64,000 nt of DNA, from the NCBI GenBank assembly GCA_029259115.1, contig JAPDJO010000076.1, positions 12,447 through 76,446 on the forward strand, written 5' to 3'. Source of the stretch: Thermoplasmatota archaeon (GTDB taxonomy: Archaea; Thermoplasmatota; E2; DHVEG-1; B18-G2). Of the stretch, positions 42,419 through 52,502 are shown piece by piece. Under the pieces are notes generated by a model. That model made no database searches. It saw only the letters and a list, made by a program, of their open reading frames with translations, and was not told the DNA's origin. The stretch's first letter is position 1, and each line of letters opens with the position of its first letter. The position numbers were made by a program, and so were the translations under genes.

Positions 42419-42549
42419 AGACCTTCCGTGGACAAAAGAACAGCTAGATTTATCAGCGTAAGTATACTGAGTATTCCCACAAAGGGGCTTAAGAATAGCA
42501 AAGTAATCCATAGAAATAATAGGGTTTTAGCGGTCCTATAACCATGCAT
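42415..42549 (-). CDS. 44-aa hydrophobic small membrane protein, not in the ORF track
   Basis: MHGYRTAKTLLFLWITLLFLSPFVGILSILTLINLAVLLSTEGL*, preceded by a GAGGAGGGG RBS. Confidence 0.5.
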   Translation of the reverse strand: MHGYRTAKTLLFLWITLLFLSPFVGILSILTLINLAVLLSTEGL

Positions 42550-42631
42550 TTTAGCCCCTCCTCACACTTTAATGATCAACTAAATAATATAGCAATTATT
42601 ATATTAAAACTTGTGAAAGATAATTATAGAG

Positions 42632-42871
42632 CTAATCTCCATCCAGAAGCCCAAGAGCTTTTCCACTTAGAACATAGATCTTTGCACCACTCTGCTTGTA
42701 ACAGCCAAGTATGCATTTGCTGCACTTCTTGTCGCAACTTATCTCTACAAGATATCCATCATTGATCAAACTATCTACTATTGCTGAGAACAACTCTTCA
42801 CTAATGCCTGTATCTTTTATTGATGCAATCTTATCCTTCCTTTCTCTTATACCTTCGAGAATCTTTCTCAC
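42632..42871 (-). CDS. FeoC-like winged-helix protein with Cys cluster
   Basis: Probable GTG start at 42871; L...GYL....CDKKCSKCILGC motif. Confidence 0.6.
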   Translation of the reverse strand: MRKILEGIRERKDKIASIKDTGISEELFSAIVDSLINDGYLVEISCDKKCSKCILGCYKQSGAKIYVLSGKALGLLDGD

Positions 42872-42908
42872 TACAGTTGGTGTATCAACATTAGTCCGAA
42901 AGAATAAA

Positions 42909-42975
42909 AATAATTGCACCCCATTCCCTCCATTGTATACCACCTCAAGCAAAAGAGGGATGGGGTGCAATTATT
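42909..42975. promoter_or_regulatory. 21-bp inverted repeat covering the transposase RBS and start codon
   Basis: AATAATTGCACCCCAT(T)CCCTC - 24 nt - GAGGGATGGGGTGCAATTATT. Confidence 0.75.
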
Positions 42976-43705
42976 AAGAGAATTGTTGAGAGAAAAATCT
43001 ATCGTTATAAGAGAAAGAACACCTGTAGAGATTATCCTCTACAGCGTGTTTCTTCATCTCTTTGGTCAGTCTTTCAGGAAGGTATCTTCTACGATAGAAC
43101 CTTTCATAAAGAGAAGCAGAACATTTGTATGGGAATGGGTGCACAAACTCGGAGATATCTTGAGAGACTGTTACTCTGACAGATTACCAGAGGTTGTTGC
43201 GATAGATGAAACTTCCCTCGAAGTAGGAGATATACCTCTATGGTTCTGGTTTGTCATTGATCCTGAGAGTAGGAAACTGGTGTTTTTCATGATAACAAGG
43301 AGTAGAACAAATCTAGCATGTAAAAAACTTGTGCGAGGGATACAGAGAATGTATGGATGTCTACCATCTGTTGCTATAACAGATGGTGGTTCGTGGTATC
43401 TCGTGCTGAGAAGGTATGGTATAGAGCATAAGATTGTATCTGGTGGAGTGAGAAATTACATTGAAAGATTAATAGAAATGGTCAAGGACAGGACAAGAGT
43501 GTTCGATAATTACTTCCCAAGTGAGAGATGGAAAGTAGGGCGTGTTTACAGATGGTTGAACCTGTATGCATTTTATTATAACTGGGTCAGAAGTCATCTG
43601 ACCTTGCATAGACTCTCACCAGTTTTCTATGAGAGAGGAGTAGATGTTAAGAATGAATTTGGGAGGTTTACCATAGCATTGCGGGAGGTGCTCCGCAATG
43701 CTTAA
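42965..43705 (+). CDS. IS6-family DDE transposase
   Basis: S.R.V...R...W.WV, VAIDET, TDGGSWY, RNYIER, YN..R.H; GTG start after GAGGGA. Confidence 0.88.
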   Translation: MQLLRELLREKSIVIRERTPVEIILYSVFLHLFGQSFRKVSSTIEPFIKRSRTFVWEWVHKLGDILRDCYSDRLPEVVAIDETSLEVGDIPLWFWFVIDPESRKLVFFMITRSRTNLACKKLVRGIQRMYGCLPSVAITDGGSWYLVLRRYGIEHKIVSGGVRNYIERLIEMVKDRTRVFDNYFPSERWKVGRVYRWLNLYAFYYNWVRSHLTLHRLSPVFYERGVDVKNEFGRFTIALREVLRNA

Positions 43706-43742
43706 GTTGACAGCATCTAAAAAGTAGATAAAAATTTAACTA

Positions 43743-43816
43743 CGGGCTCGAGGGGATTCGAACCCCTGACCAACAGGTTAAGAGCCTGTCGCTCTACCTG
43801 GCTGAGCTACGAGCCC
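43743..43816 (-). tRNA. tRNA-Lys(CTT), no intron, CCA not encoded
   Basis: GGGCTCG acceptor stem, D arm TAGCTCAGCCAGGTAGAGC, anticodon arm ACAGG-CTCTTAA-CCTGT, T arm GGTTCGAATCC. Confidence 0.97.
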
Positions 43817-43900
43817 CAAGCGCTATCAGAGAATAACAGAAGTATATATAGATATTACGTTAAAAGGAGATTGTTACGAAAATTAACACTAAAATCATTC

Positions 43901-44554
43901 TCATCCGTCAAGTAAAGATATATACTTCTTATCTACAAAATCCGTAACATACACATCCTTCCCAGCTTTATAGATTTTTACACCATCTTCCCTGGCTTTT
44001 TTTGCATCTATCTTAAGTATGACAGGTTTATCTGTTCTCACCTTCCCAGCCTCTATTGCTTTCTCTATGCTCCCGCTGAGGTGAACCTTCCTTCTATCAC
44101 TAGGATGCAAGCCACTTTCTAAAATAAATTCTAATTCCTCCTTGGTTACAGGATAATATAAAATATCCACATCAGCCTCAGGTAAGTCATCTAGTTTTAC
44201 TTCTATGGTGTGACCATATGTAGCTCTTATCATTCCACCATATATTTGATATCTGCCTTTTGGATCAGTTTCAACCAATGCTCTGAGATGTTCCTCTCTT
44301 AACCACTGAAAGCCAGATCTGCTTATTTTCAAAGCATCCAGTAGTTCTTTTATATCTACCCATCCTCTTCCATCTATCTTCAAGTTTAACTTATCCGGAA
44401 AATGCCTCAATAATCCAGCTAACAACCTGCCGAGAATATCTATCTCCTTGTCACTCATCAAAAATTTTCCCTTCTTTCCGCACTTGGGGCAGAATTCACC
44501 TCTATAGTAACCATGGTCTGGGCATGTTGCAAGCATCCTTTCAGGTAATGACAA
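43901..44554 (-). CDS. kptA: RNA 2'-phosphotransferase (Tpt1/KptA) with N-terminal Zn finger
   Basis: LRHFP, D.RGWV, DPKGRY, IRATYGH, R.KVHLS. Start may be 44536. Confidence 0.9.
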   Translation of the reverse strand: MSLPERMLATCPDHGYYRGEFCPKCGKKGKFLMSDKEIDILGRLLAGLLRHFPDKLNLKIDGRGWVDIKELLDALKISRSGFQWLREEHLRALVETDPKGRYQIYGGMIRATYGHTIEVKLDDLPEADVDILYYPVTKEELEFILESGLHPSDRRKVHLSGSIEKAIEAGKVRTDKPVILKIDAKKAREDGVKIYKAGKDVYVTDFVDKKYISLLDG

Positions 44555-44604
44555 TCTATGGTATAAATTTTTGTACCAAAGTTAGATACCTAATTGGTGT
44601 TAAA

Positions 44605-45291
44605 TTGGACAGAGAGGAGATGAAAAGATTAGCTGCTGAGAAAGCTCTAGATTACATAGAGGATGGTATGATTATAGGAATAGGAACAGGCTCGACCGTC
44701 GAATACTTCATACCAAAGCTTGGAGAGAAGATAAAGAAGGAAAAATTGAGTATCATAGGCATACCAACCTCACATAGAACAAAAAATCTTGCCAGAGAGT
44801 ACGAAATCCCGCTTTCTACTTTGAAGGATCACCCAGAGATAGATGTCACTATCGATGGTGCCGATGAAGTAGACCCAGAACTTAATCTGATAAAGGGCGG
44901 CGGCGGTGCATTAACCAGAGAAAAGATAGTTGCCTTCTCTTCAAAAAAAGAAATCATAATAGTTGATGAATCAAAGCTTGTTCAGAAATTAGGAGTGTCT
45001 TTTCCTCTCCCTATTGAGGTTATACCATTTGGATGGTATCCAACCAAGCTAAAGATAGAAGAGAGGTTTGATTGTAAAGCTGAGCTGAGAATGAGCAATG
45101 AAGGTCCTTTTACATCAGACAACATGAACTATATATTGGACTGTGAATTTTCATCCGGGATAGAGGATCCAGAAGACCTCGAAAAAGAGTTAGATCGTAT
45201 ACCAGGTATAGTTGAAACCGGTTTATTCGTCAATCTTGCAGATATCGTTATAGCTGGAACCAGAGAGGGCATAAAGATATTTGAAAAGTGA
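44605..45291 (+). CDS. rpiA: Ribose-5-phosphate isomerase A
   Basis: GIGTGST, DGADEVD, IKGGGGALTREK, PIEV; probable TTG start. Confidence 0.96.
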   Translation: MDREEMKRLAAEKALDYIEDGMIIGIGTGSTVEYFIPKLGEKIKKEKLSIIGIPTSHRTKNLAREYEIPLSTLKDHPEIDVTIDGADEVDPELNLIKGGGGALTREKIVAFSSKKEIIIVDESKLVQKLGVSFPLPIEVIPFGWYPTKLKIEERFDCKAELRMSNEGPFTSDNMNYILDCEFSSGIEDPEDLEKELDRIPGIVETGLFVNLADIVIAGTREGIKIFEK

Positions 45292-45295
45292 TTAG

Positions 45296-45901
45296 ATGAA
45301 CAGTTTCGATTACTGGTTTAGAAGATCAGCCCACATATTTGCAACAACATTCATATCTTATTATTTTCTTCCAGATAGCGGTTACATTGGAATCCTAAAG
45401 AGGATAATCGTTCTTTCTCTGCTAATCATCTTTATAGTATTTGATATAGCGAGGCTAAAAAGAAAGAGATACAAATTGACTGGATTAAGGGATTACGAGG
45501 AGAATAGAATCGGGAGCTACGTATATTTTGGTATAGGAACATCTATACTACTTTTGCTTTTTCCACAGCAAATAGCTATCCCATGTATAGTTTCTGCGGC
45601 ACTCGCGGATCCTGTGGCTGGAGAGCTAAGGAAGATCAATCTAAAACTATCTTACTTAATCGTTTTCATGCTCTCTTTTTTCATCTTCTACTCAACTTGG
45701 TTAACATCTCCATATGCAATCTTAATATCTGTAATCTCATCTCTTTCACTAACACTCAGTGAACTCAAAAAGTTTAGATATCTAGACGATGACCTGCTCA
45801 TGCAAATAGTTCCTGCACTCACAATATTGATATTCTATTTAGTCCTTGGAAAAGAGATCATGCCGAGAGAGATTATCTTTCCCCTCTTGGAGGTGAGATG
45901 A
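45296..45901 (+). CDS. Dolichol/phytol kinase-like membrane protein
   Basis: RR..H, LRDYE, DP.AG, DDD motifs in a polytopic protein. Confidence 0.65.
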   Translation: MNSFDYWFRRSAHIFATTFISYYFLPDSGYIGILKRIIVLSLLIIFIVFDIARLKRKRYKLTGLRDYEENRIGSYVYFGIGTSILLLLFPQQIAIPCIVSAALADPVAGELRKINLKLSYLIVFMLSFFIFYSTWLTSPYAILISVISSLSLTLSELKKFRYLDDDLLMQIVPALTILIFYLVLGKEIMPREIIFPLLEVR

Positions 45902-46093
45902 TTGAATAGATATAGGTTTCTCTCCATAGTCCTTGTAATCTCACCTATACTTCTCTCTATAGCTTTAGTCAAGGAGTATATAAGGTACGGCTTAATAGAA
46001 AATCTCCTTCTTTCTTTACCTATATTATTCCTAACACTCGCATTTTCTGTACCATTAATCAAATCCCTTTTAACCTATAGAGAGCAGGCATAA
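45902..46093 (+). CDS. Small two-TM membrane protein
   Basis: GGAGGTGA RBS, abuts the upstream gene, two hydrophobic segments. Confidence 0.5.
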   Translation: MNRYRFLSIVLVISPILLSIALVKEYIRYGLIENLLLSLPILFLTLAFSVPLIKSLLTYREQA

Positions 46094-48251
46094 AGAACAC
46101 AGCTCCTAGGAGAGAAAGAGCAATCATAGAGATAACAACTTTCATGAACTCCTGAAGAGCTGGAACATTCACAAAATAAACAGATATTAATCCAGCTATA
46201 GTAGTTGATGCAGCCTCTACCAAGGATAGTCCAGTTTTCTCGATAGCCTCTTCCATTGCTTTTTCTTTGTTCAATCCTTCTTCAATCCCTTCTAGATATC
46301 TCTTTGTTACATGCACACCATAGTCAACGCCTGTTCCCACGATTATCGATGCTATGGATATAGTAACTACGGATAGAGATATGCCCATTGAAACCAGTAT
46401 GCCAGGCTCCAGCAGCAGAACGAACATTATTGGAACGATAGTTAGAAATGCATACAAAGATGATCTGAATATTATTATTAAAGTTGCGAATACAAGAAGT
46501 ATGGAGATGAAAAGAGACCTTATCTGTTGTTCGAAGAGAAGATCATTTATGGCTACGTTTATGGCAGTCGTCCCAGTGATTGGATAGATTTTTCCTCCAG
46601 GTATAGAAGCATTTTCTATTATTGAATTAATCGCCAATACAACCTCTCTTTGCTGCTCCATGCTTAGCCCTACAGGAATATTAACATTTATTAAAGTCTC
46701 AGAGAAGTCTTCGTCAACCATCATCTCGATCTTATCTTCTAGGAGAGTATAGATTATCTGTAATCTGGTAGGATCCTTTGGTAATTCCCCAAGATTCAAC
46801 TTTTTTACAACATCAGCAATCGATGTAAATGTTACTCCACATCCAGAAATTCTCGAATCACTTCTCATCCTTTCTTCCATATTGTATATCTCCTCTATCA
46901 CATCCGGATCTTTTAGGTCAGCCTTTACCATTATGAGATTTAGACCTCCACTACTGCCAAATCTTTCTGAGAATTCTTGAGTCTTGAGAACAACTGGATT
47001 GTCTTTTGGTGCCATAGAGAAATAATTGACATCAGTTCCAACCTTTGGAAGAACAGCTAAAGATAGTACAGCTATTGCTACCCCAAGAAAAACTATTCTA
47101 CCGCTATTCTTAACAGAAAATCTTGCCAGTTTTTTCCAAGCCGGTAATCTCACTTTCTTTCTGAAATCCAGAATAACAATCAGAGGCGGGACCATAATAA
47201 TAGTAGAGAAGAAGCATAGAACTATGCCAAGAGAACAGCCGAAACCAAAATCTCTGAGAGGAATCATGCTTGATATCATCAAAGATCCAAAACCTATGGC
47301 TGTTGTGATCGTTGATAACAGAACTGCTTTTCCTGTAGTTCTTATAGATCTTCTAGCCCTCTCTACGTAATCTCCCTCCTCTTCCAGAAACCTATTCATA
47401 AGGTGTACGGAATAGTCTACACCTAACCCTAACAGTAGAGCAACGATAGCTATTGATAACATTGTTAGCTGAGGTCTAACTACGCCAAGTATACCAAACG
47501 TCATGAATATAGAGTATGCTGTCGGTAAGAATGTTATAATTAGTCCTTTAAGAGATCTGTGAAAGCCAAATAGAACGATGGAAACGAAAATTATGGCTAA
47601 GGGAAAAATGATAGCCATGCTTCTTAGATTCCATTCCCTTAGAGATTCTGTTAATGGCAACGTTCCAACTAGATACATCTTTGTACTTACATCATCTATA
47701 GCGTCTTCAGCTCTTGAGAGAATTGCTTTTTTATCTGCATCACTCGATAGCATAAATATAACAGCAGAAGCTTTGTAATCGTCTGTAATTACAGCCTTCC
47801 TTCCCTCTCCTATTCTTGCCACATACTTCATTATTTTGTTTTCACTGGAAGGCAATTCAAACTTTCCTTCTCCGAGTGGCGGCGAAAGGCTATTTTCGAG
47901 CTTAATGAGAGAAGTTATAGATGTTTCACTAACAATCCCATCTATCTCTCCTTTATCATGCCTATAGATGTTTATCTTACTCACGACATAGTCGATATCT
48001 CTTAAAGTGTCTAAATCCAAAACGTTATCACTCTCTACATAGATTATTAAAGTGTCTCCTATATTCCATTCCTCACCTATATATTTGAGAAGTTTGATGG
48101 TGGGTTCATCCTCTGGTAAGAACTTGCCAAGATCAGATTCCATGTAAAGATTTTTTGCGTTGAACGCTATGAGAAAAGTGAGGATAGTAAATAAAAGTAA
48201 TACAGTTTTTGGCTTCTTCACTAGGATCTCTGTTATGTCTGGATATCTCAT
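46059..48251 (-). CDS. RND/MMPL-family transporter (HAE3-like)
   Basis: Two repeats with GLGVDYSVH and GTGVDYGVH; STITTAIGF. Confidence 0.9.
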   Translation of the reverse strand: MRYPDITEILVKKPKTVLLLFTILTFLIAFNAKNLYMESDLGKFLPEDEPTIKLLKYIGEEWNIGDTLIIYVESDNVLDLDTLRDIDYVVSKINIYRHDKGEIDGIVSETSITSLIKLENSLSPPLGEGKFELPSSENKIMKYVARIGEGRKAVITDDYKASAVIFMLSSDADKKAILSRAEDAIDDVSTKMYLVGTLPLTESLREWNLRSMAIIFPLAIIFVSIVLFGFHRSLKGLIITFLPTAYSIFMTFGILGVVRPQLTMLSIAIVALLLGLGVDYSVHLMNRFLEEEGDYVERARRSIRTTGKAVLLSTITTAIGFGSLMISSMIPLRDFGFGCSLGIVLCFFSTIIMVPPLIVILDFRKKVRLPAWKKLARFSVKNSGRIVFLGVAIAVLSLAVLPKVGTDVNYFSMAPKDNPVVLKTQEFSERFGSSGGLNLIMVKADLKDPDVIEEIYNMEERMRSDSRISGCGVTFTSIADVVKKLNLGELPKDPTRLQIIYTLLEDKIEMMVDEDFSETLINVNIPVGLSMEQQREVVLAINSIIENASIPGGKIYPITGTTAINVAINDLLFEQQIRSLFISILLVFATLIIIFRSSLYAFLTIVPIMFVLLLEPGILVSMGISLSVVTISIASIIVGTGVDYGVHVTKRYLEGIEEGLNKEKAMEEAIEKTGLSLVEAASTTIAGLISVYFVNVPALQEFMKVVISMIALSLLGAVFFMPALYRLKGI

Positions 48252-48371
48252 TTCTCTAAAGAGTAAGGAAAAGAGGTTAATTTAGTTAATGGATACGGGG
48301 TGTTAAATTCGTTAATAAAACAATAAGAAAATATTTATATTACGTTGGCATATAAATATTGAGGATTAGAT

Positions 48372-51300
48372 ATGAAATCGAAAAGATTGTTTGTATTTAC
48401 GCTACCAGTTCTACTAGTACTATCTGGATTCTCGGTAATAGTTAATCCAAAAACTACTGTTCGAGAAATAAATATCAATGATATAGAGCTTTATCCCGAT
48501 ATACAAATAGAATTGTATGTTGATGCAGGGGGGCCCTACTATTCTGACACATTCACGGTTACACTAAGAGGGTATGCTAAAATCTTGAATGCAACCATCA
48601 ATGCAACCATCATATCATATGCTTGGAACTTTGGAGATGGAACATCGGAAAGGATACAGTTATCGTCTCCTTCAACCGAAATATCGTGCACCATCACCCA
48701 TACATATCCTCACGGAGGATATTTCAATGCTCTATTAAGTGTGGTTGCGAGTATTCGAGGTACCAAATTTCTAAACATCGAGACGGACACAACCTTAGTC
48801 TGCATAAACAAACCTATACCACCGGAACCTTCCGAGTATCCGAGATGGTATCGTTACCCTTACGGAATAACAACAAGCAGAGAGCTGGATGATTTTGACA
48901 AAAAGGTATGGAGTCCTGTGGCAGAAGAATGGGGCGACTACGCCGGTTTCCTAGTAGGAGAACCCATAAAATTCAAGATAACCTGGGAACCCCCAGATGA
49001 ACCTTTTGGCTGGCCCCTTGTATATCCTGATAGCTATTATGCTGATATTAAGATTATAGATATGCTTCCCCCAACTGTCAAATTTATAAATGCATCAAGA
49101 GAACCTACAAAAATAGAGAAAAAGGTATATTTCGACTATGATAACATGATGTTCGTACCATTTACGGTGTTGGAATGGGATCTCGGAAAACATCACGTTT
49201 CACACAGAGTGGGGAAACCCATAATTATCAACTGTGTTGTAGAATATCTCAACTATAGCTACTTTGATATACCTGAAAAATACTGGGGTATACCGATTAA
49301 TTATCTCACAACGAACTATGCGAGAGAAGAAGCAAGGAGCAAGTATGGAAGCGGCTGCCCCCCACCTTATGATCAGCATTTAGTAACTCATGTCGCCATA
49401 GCTACCGATATAGTAGAGTTCTCGGTTAGAGAATCACCTGAGTGTGGTGGAATAAAAATAACTAAAACCGTAAATAAATCCTTAGTCTATATTGGAGACG
49501 AAATCAAATATACAATATTTGTGGAAAATACAGGAAATATAAAACTTTATGATATATACGTCAATGATACTATGTTTGGATTTTCGGAATACATAGATTC
49601 ACTAGAGCCAGCTGAAATAGTAACTTTGCATTTCAATTATACGATATCTCCGGATGATCCACCAATCATAAAAAACATAGCAACTGTAGAAGGATACGAT
49701 GGCAATCATACGAGATATAGCGATTGGGACAAAGCAGAAGTAAAAGTCATAAGGGGAGGAATCAATGTTACCAAGTGTTCGGATAAAACATCTGCCCATG
49801 TTGGTGAAATTATAAACTATACTATCAATGTCACAAATACTGGAAATGTAAACCTAAGTAATGTGACAGTATATGATATAACTCTTGATTTCTATAGAGA
49901 GATTGGTAACCTTGGACCAGGAGAATATTACAAATTCTATATAGAACATCAAATCTCTTCTACAGATCCAGATCCATTCGTAAACGAGGTAGTTGCTAGA
50001 GGTTACGATGAACTTGGCAAAATTTATACAGACAATGATACAGCGGTTGTAGACATCATTTGCGAGTCAAACTTCTCTCTCCAGAAACTAGTTAAGTGGG
50101 ACTGTCAAGGACCATACGTTAAAGATCTGACCATAACACAAGATCAGTGGAACCAAGCAAAATGGGTAACATTCAGGATATATGTAAATAATACAGGAGA
50201 TACTCCACTTGATATTTATGTAAGAGATGATCTTCCAGAAGGTTTAATCTACAGAGAAGGAACATCGACACCGAAAGAGCCAGAAAAATTAGGAAAATCT
50301 CTCTATTGGAATTTCACCGATGTACAGCCAAATGATAAGATAACTATAGAATTCGTTGCAGACGTAACAGAATGCGGGAACTTCACAAACATAGTTCACG
50401 TGACAGCAAGATACGATTGTAACGAGATAGAGAAAGAGGATTATGCGATAGTAAGAACACCTCCTTGCACATGCATTCCAGGTATGAAAATAGATAAAAA
50501 GGTCTGGAATAAAGAGACGGGAGAATGGGTAGACTCTATATCAATCGATGAAAGTCCGAAAGAACTAAGATTCAACATAACTTTGGAGAATAATGGCACA
50601 TGTGACATCTTTAATTTAACAATTAATGATAAACTTGGATGTGTATTACATAACTTGAGGGACTTCTACGAGTCTGATAAAGACCTGATTAGGAAATTAG
50701 TGGATGAGACCCATGGATTTGTATCTTGGAAACTAAACAGGACATTGCATCCAGGAGAAAAAATATACATGGAATTCAATGCAACTGCATATCTTCAACA
50801 GGGAGGCTCCACTTATAACCGTGTAGATGCAGTAGGTGACACATCGAAAGTTCATCTCAAAGCAGATGATACGGTCAATATTTACTATCCTATAGAGGAG
50901 CCAAAGCTCGCATTCTATCCAACAAGTATCGAGATTACAGATCCTATATACATAGGAGACCCAATTTCCAAGACTTTCGAAATCTGGAATGATGGAACTG
51001 GAACATTAGTGTTCAACATAACCGGCTATCCAAGCTATGTAACTGTAACCCCAAAGGATGGAACCTCTGCAGATTCTTCAGATAAGAAAACAATAACTGT
51101 AGAAATATCAACATCCTCTTTGGGTGAAGGAGAACATTCTGTAGCGATACCCATACAGTCTAACGATGGAAATGGTATATTCTATGTGAATTTCACTCTG
51201 ATAAATCCGCCGCAGCTATCATATACGCCATTGAATATCTATCTCTATGACGTAGAAAAGGGAACAATATTCGATAAGACAATCGAAATCTGGAACGAAG

Positions 51301-51851
51301 GAGATGGAACATTGACATACACTCTAGCAGCAAATTGTGAATGGATAATCTTAGACCCTGAAGAAGGAGAATCCACCGGAGAGAAGGATACCATAAATGT
51401 AACAATAGACACATCTTCTCTGGACGTAGGCATACACGAATGCAACATAACCATAAACTCAAATGGAGGAAGTGGAATAGTAAGGGTACACGTTGAGGTT
51501 ATTCCGCCAGCGCAACCGCCAAACGTTAGCATAGAAAAACCAATAGACGGAGCGATTTACTTATGGAACAAGGAAATATTCAGATTCTTTAGAACAATAA
51601 TCATCGGACCTATAGCAATAGAGGTAAACGCAACAGACCCTGATGGAAATATAGAAAAAGTGGAATTCTTCATAGACAATACATCTGTATACAATGACAC
51701 AGAGGCACCATATGCGTACGCTTTCAACGATAGGATGTTCGGAAGACACACTATAAAAGTAGTTGCATACGATGATCAAGGTCTATCAAGCGAAGCATCT
51801 GTAGAGGCTTTCATAATAAGCTTCGGAATAAGAACGGTAGAAATCGAGTAA
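48372..51851 (+). CDS. Large secreted/surface protein: PKD, DUF11-like repeats, BACON-like and Ig-like domains
   Basis: AGGPY...WNFGDG; repeated K....GD.I.YTI.V.NTG; two IWN.G.GTL repeats; C-terminal KVEFFID...APY...GRHTIKVVAYD. Confidence 0.8.
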   Translation: MKSKRLFVFTLPVLLVLSGFSVIVNPKTTVREININDIELYPDIQIELYVDAGGPYYSDTFTVTLRGYAKILNATINATIISYAWNFGDGTSERIQLSSPSTEISCTITHTYPHGGYFNALLSVVASIRGTKFLNIETDTTLVCINKPIPPEPSEYPRWYRYPYGITTSRELDDFDKKVWSPVAEEWGDYAGFLVGEPIKFKITWEPPDEPFGWPLVYPDSYYADIKIIDMLPPTVKFINASREPTKIEKKVYFDYDNMMFVPFTVLEWDLGKHHVSHRVGKPIIINCVVEYLNYSYFDIPEKYWGIPINYLTTNYAREEARSKYGSGCPPPYDQHLVTHVAIATDIVEFSVRESPECGGIKITKTVNKSLVYIGDEIKYTIFVENTGNIKLYDIYVNDTMFGFSEYIDSLEPAEIVTLHFNYTISPDDPPIIKNIATVEGYDGNHTRYSDWDKAEVKVIRGGINVTKCSDKTSAHVGEIINYTINVTNTGNVNLSNVTVYDITLDFYREIGNLGPGEYYKFYIEHQISSTDPDPFVNEVVARGYDELGKIYTDNDTAVVDIICESNFSLQKLVKWDCQGPYVKDLTITQDQWNQAKWVTFRIYVNNTGDTPLDIYVRDDLPEGLIYREGTSTPKEPEKLGKSLYWNFTDVQPNDKITIEFVADVTECGNFTNIVHVTARYDCNEIEKEDYAIVRTPPCTCIPGMKIDKKVWNKETGEWVDSISIDESPKELRFNITLENNGTCDIFNLTINDKLGCVLHNLRDFYESDKDLIRKLVDETHGFVSWKLNRTLHPGEKIYMEFNATAYLQQGGSTYNRVDAVGDTSKVHLKADDTVNIYYPIEEPKLAFYPTSIEITDPIYIGDPISKTFEIWNDGTGTLVFNITGYPSYVTVTPKDGTSADSSDKKTITVEISTSSLGEGEHSVAIPIQSNDGNGIFYVNFTLINPPQLSYTPLNIYLYDVEKGTIFDKTIEIWNEGDGTLTYTLAANCEWIILDPEEGESTGEKDTINVTIDTSSLDVGIHECNITINSNGGSGIVRVHVEVIPPAQPPNVSIEKPIDGAIYLWNKEIFRFFRTIIIGPIAIEVNATDPDGNIEKVEFFIDNTSVYNDTEAPYAYAFNDRMFGRHTIKVVAYDDQGLSSEASVEAFIISFGIRTVEIE

Positions 51852-51896
51852 ACAAAAAACTTTATCAACTAACCCCTCTTTTAATTTTTAAATCTC

Positions 51897-52502
51897 ATGC
51901 CTAAAATATCTGAGAAATTTAAACAGTACTCCAAGATATCGGATCTGGGAGAGATATCGAGAAGATATTTTGTCATGAATGCTTTTGACGGAGCATTGAC
52001 TATGCTGGGCGTAGTCATAGGAGCATACATATCTAACATAAGATCACCATCCCCTATAATCAGTGCAGGTATAGCAGGCTCTTTAGCTATGGCTATATCT
52101 GGGATAAGTGGAGCGTACATGACAGAAAGAGCAGAGAGACTCAAGAAACTAAAATCTTTGGAAAAAGCCATGCTAAAAGAGCTGAGAAATAGCATACATT
52201 ACAAATCTCATAGATTTGCTATGTTCGTGACTTCCCTGACAGATGGTCTATCACCATTCCTTTCTGCCATGATAGTCATATCTCCTTTCTTCCTCTTGCA
52301 TTTCGGTTTGCTTTCTTGGAATATAGCATTTTATCTCTCCATAGCCCTAACTCTCATTCTACTGTTTTCCATGGGTGTGTATTTAGCAAAAGTTAGTGAG
52401 GAAAGTATGATAGTATACGGTTTGCAGATGCTGTGTGTGGGGATGTTGACTGCTTTCCTGTGTATCATGGTATCCCTTGCGCTGGGAGGGAGCATGACTT
52501 GA
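51897..52502 (+). CDS. VIT1/CCC1-like membrane protein
   Basis: RRYFV.N.FDG, SG..GAY..E.AER. Confidence 0.75.
   Translation: MPKISEKFKQYSKISDLGEISRRYFVMNAFDGALTMLGVVIGAYISNIRSPSPIISAGIAGSLAMAISGISGAYMTERAERLKKLKSLEKAMLKELRNSIHYKSHRFAMFVTSLTDGLSPFLSAMIVISPFFLLHFGLLSWNIAFYLSIALTLILLFSMGVYLAKVSEESMIVYGLQMLCVGMLTAFLCIMVSLALGGSMT

Larger units (their letters stand above)
42879..43717 (+). mobile_element. IS6-family insertion sequence
   Basis: Imperfect terminal IRs GGTGTATCAAC (42879-42889) and GTTGACAGCATC (43706-43717) enclosing a DDE transposase; no target-site duplication visible. Confidence 0.75.

Noticed and set aside
42872-42970. Shared MHPIP N-termini of two divergent ORFs suggesting paralogy
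   Set aside because: A by-product of the inverted repeat at 42909-42975, not real protein sequence.
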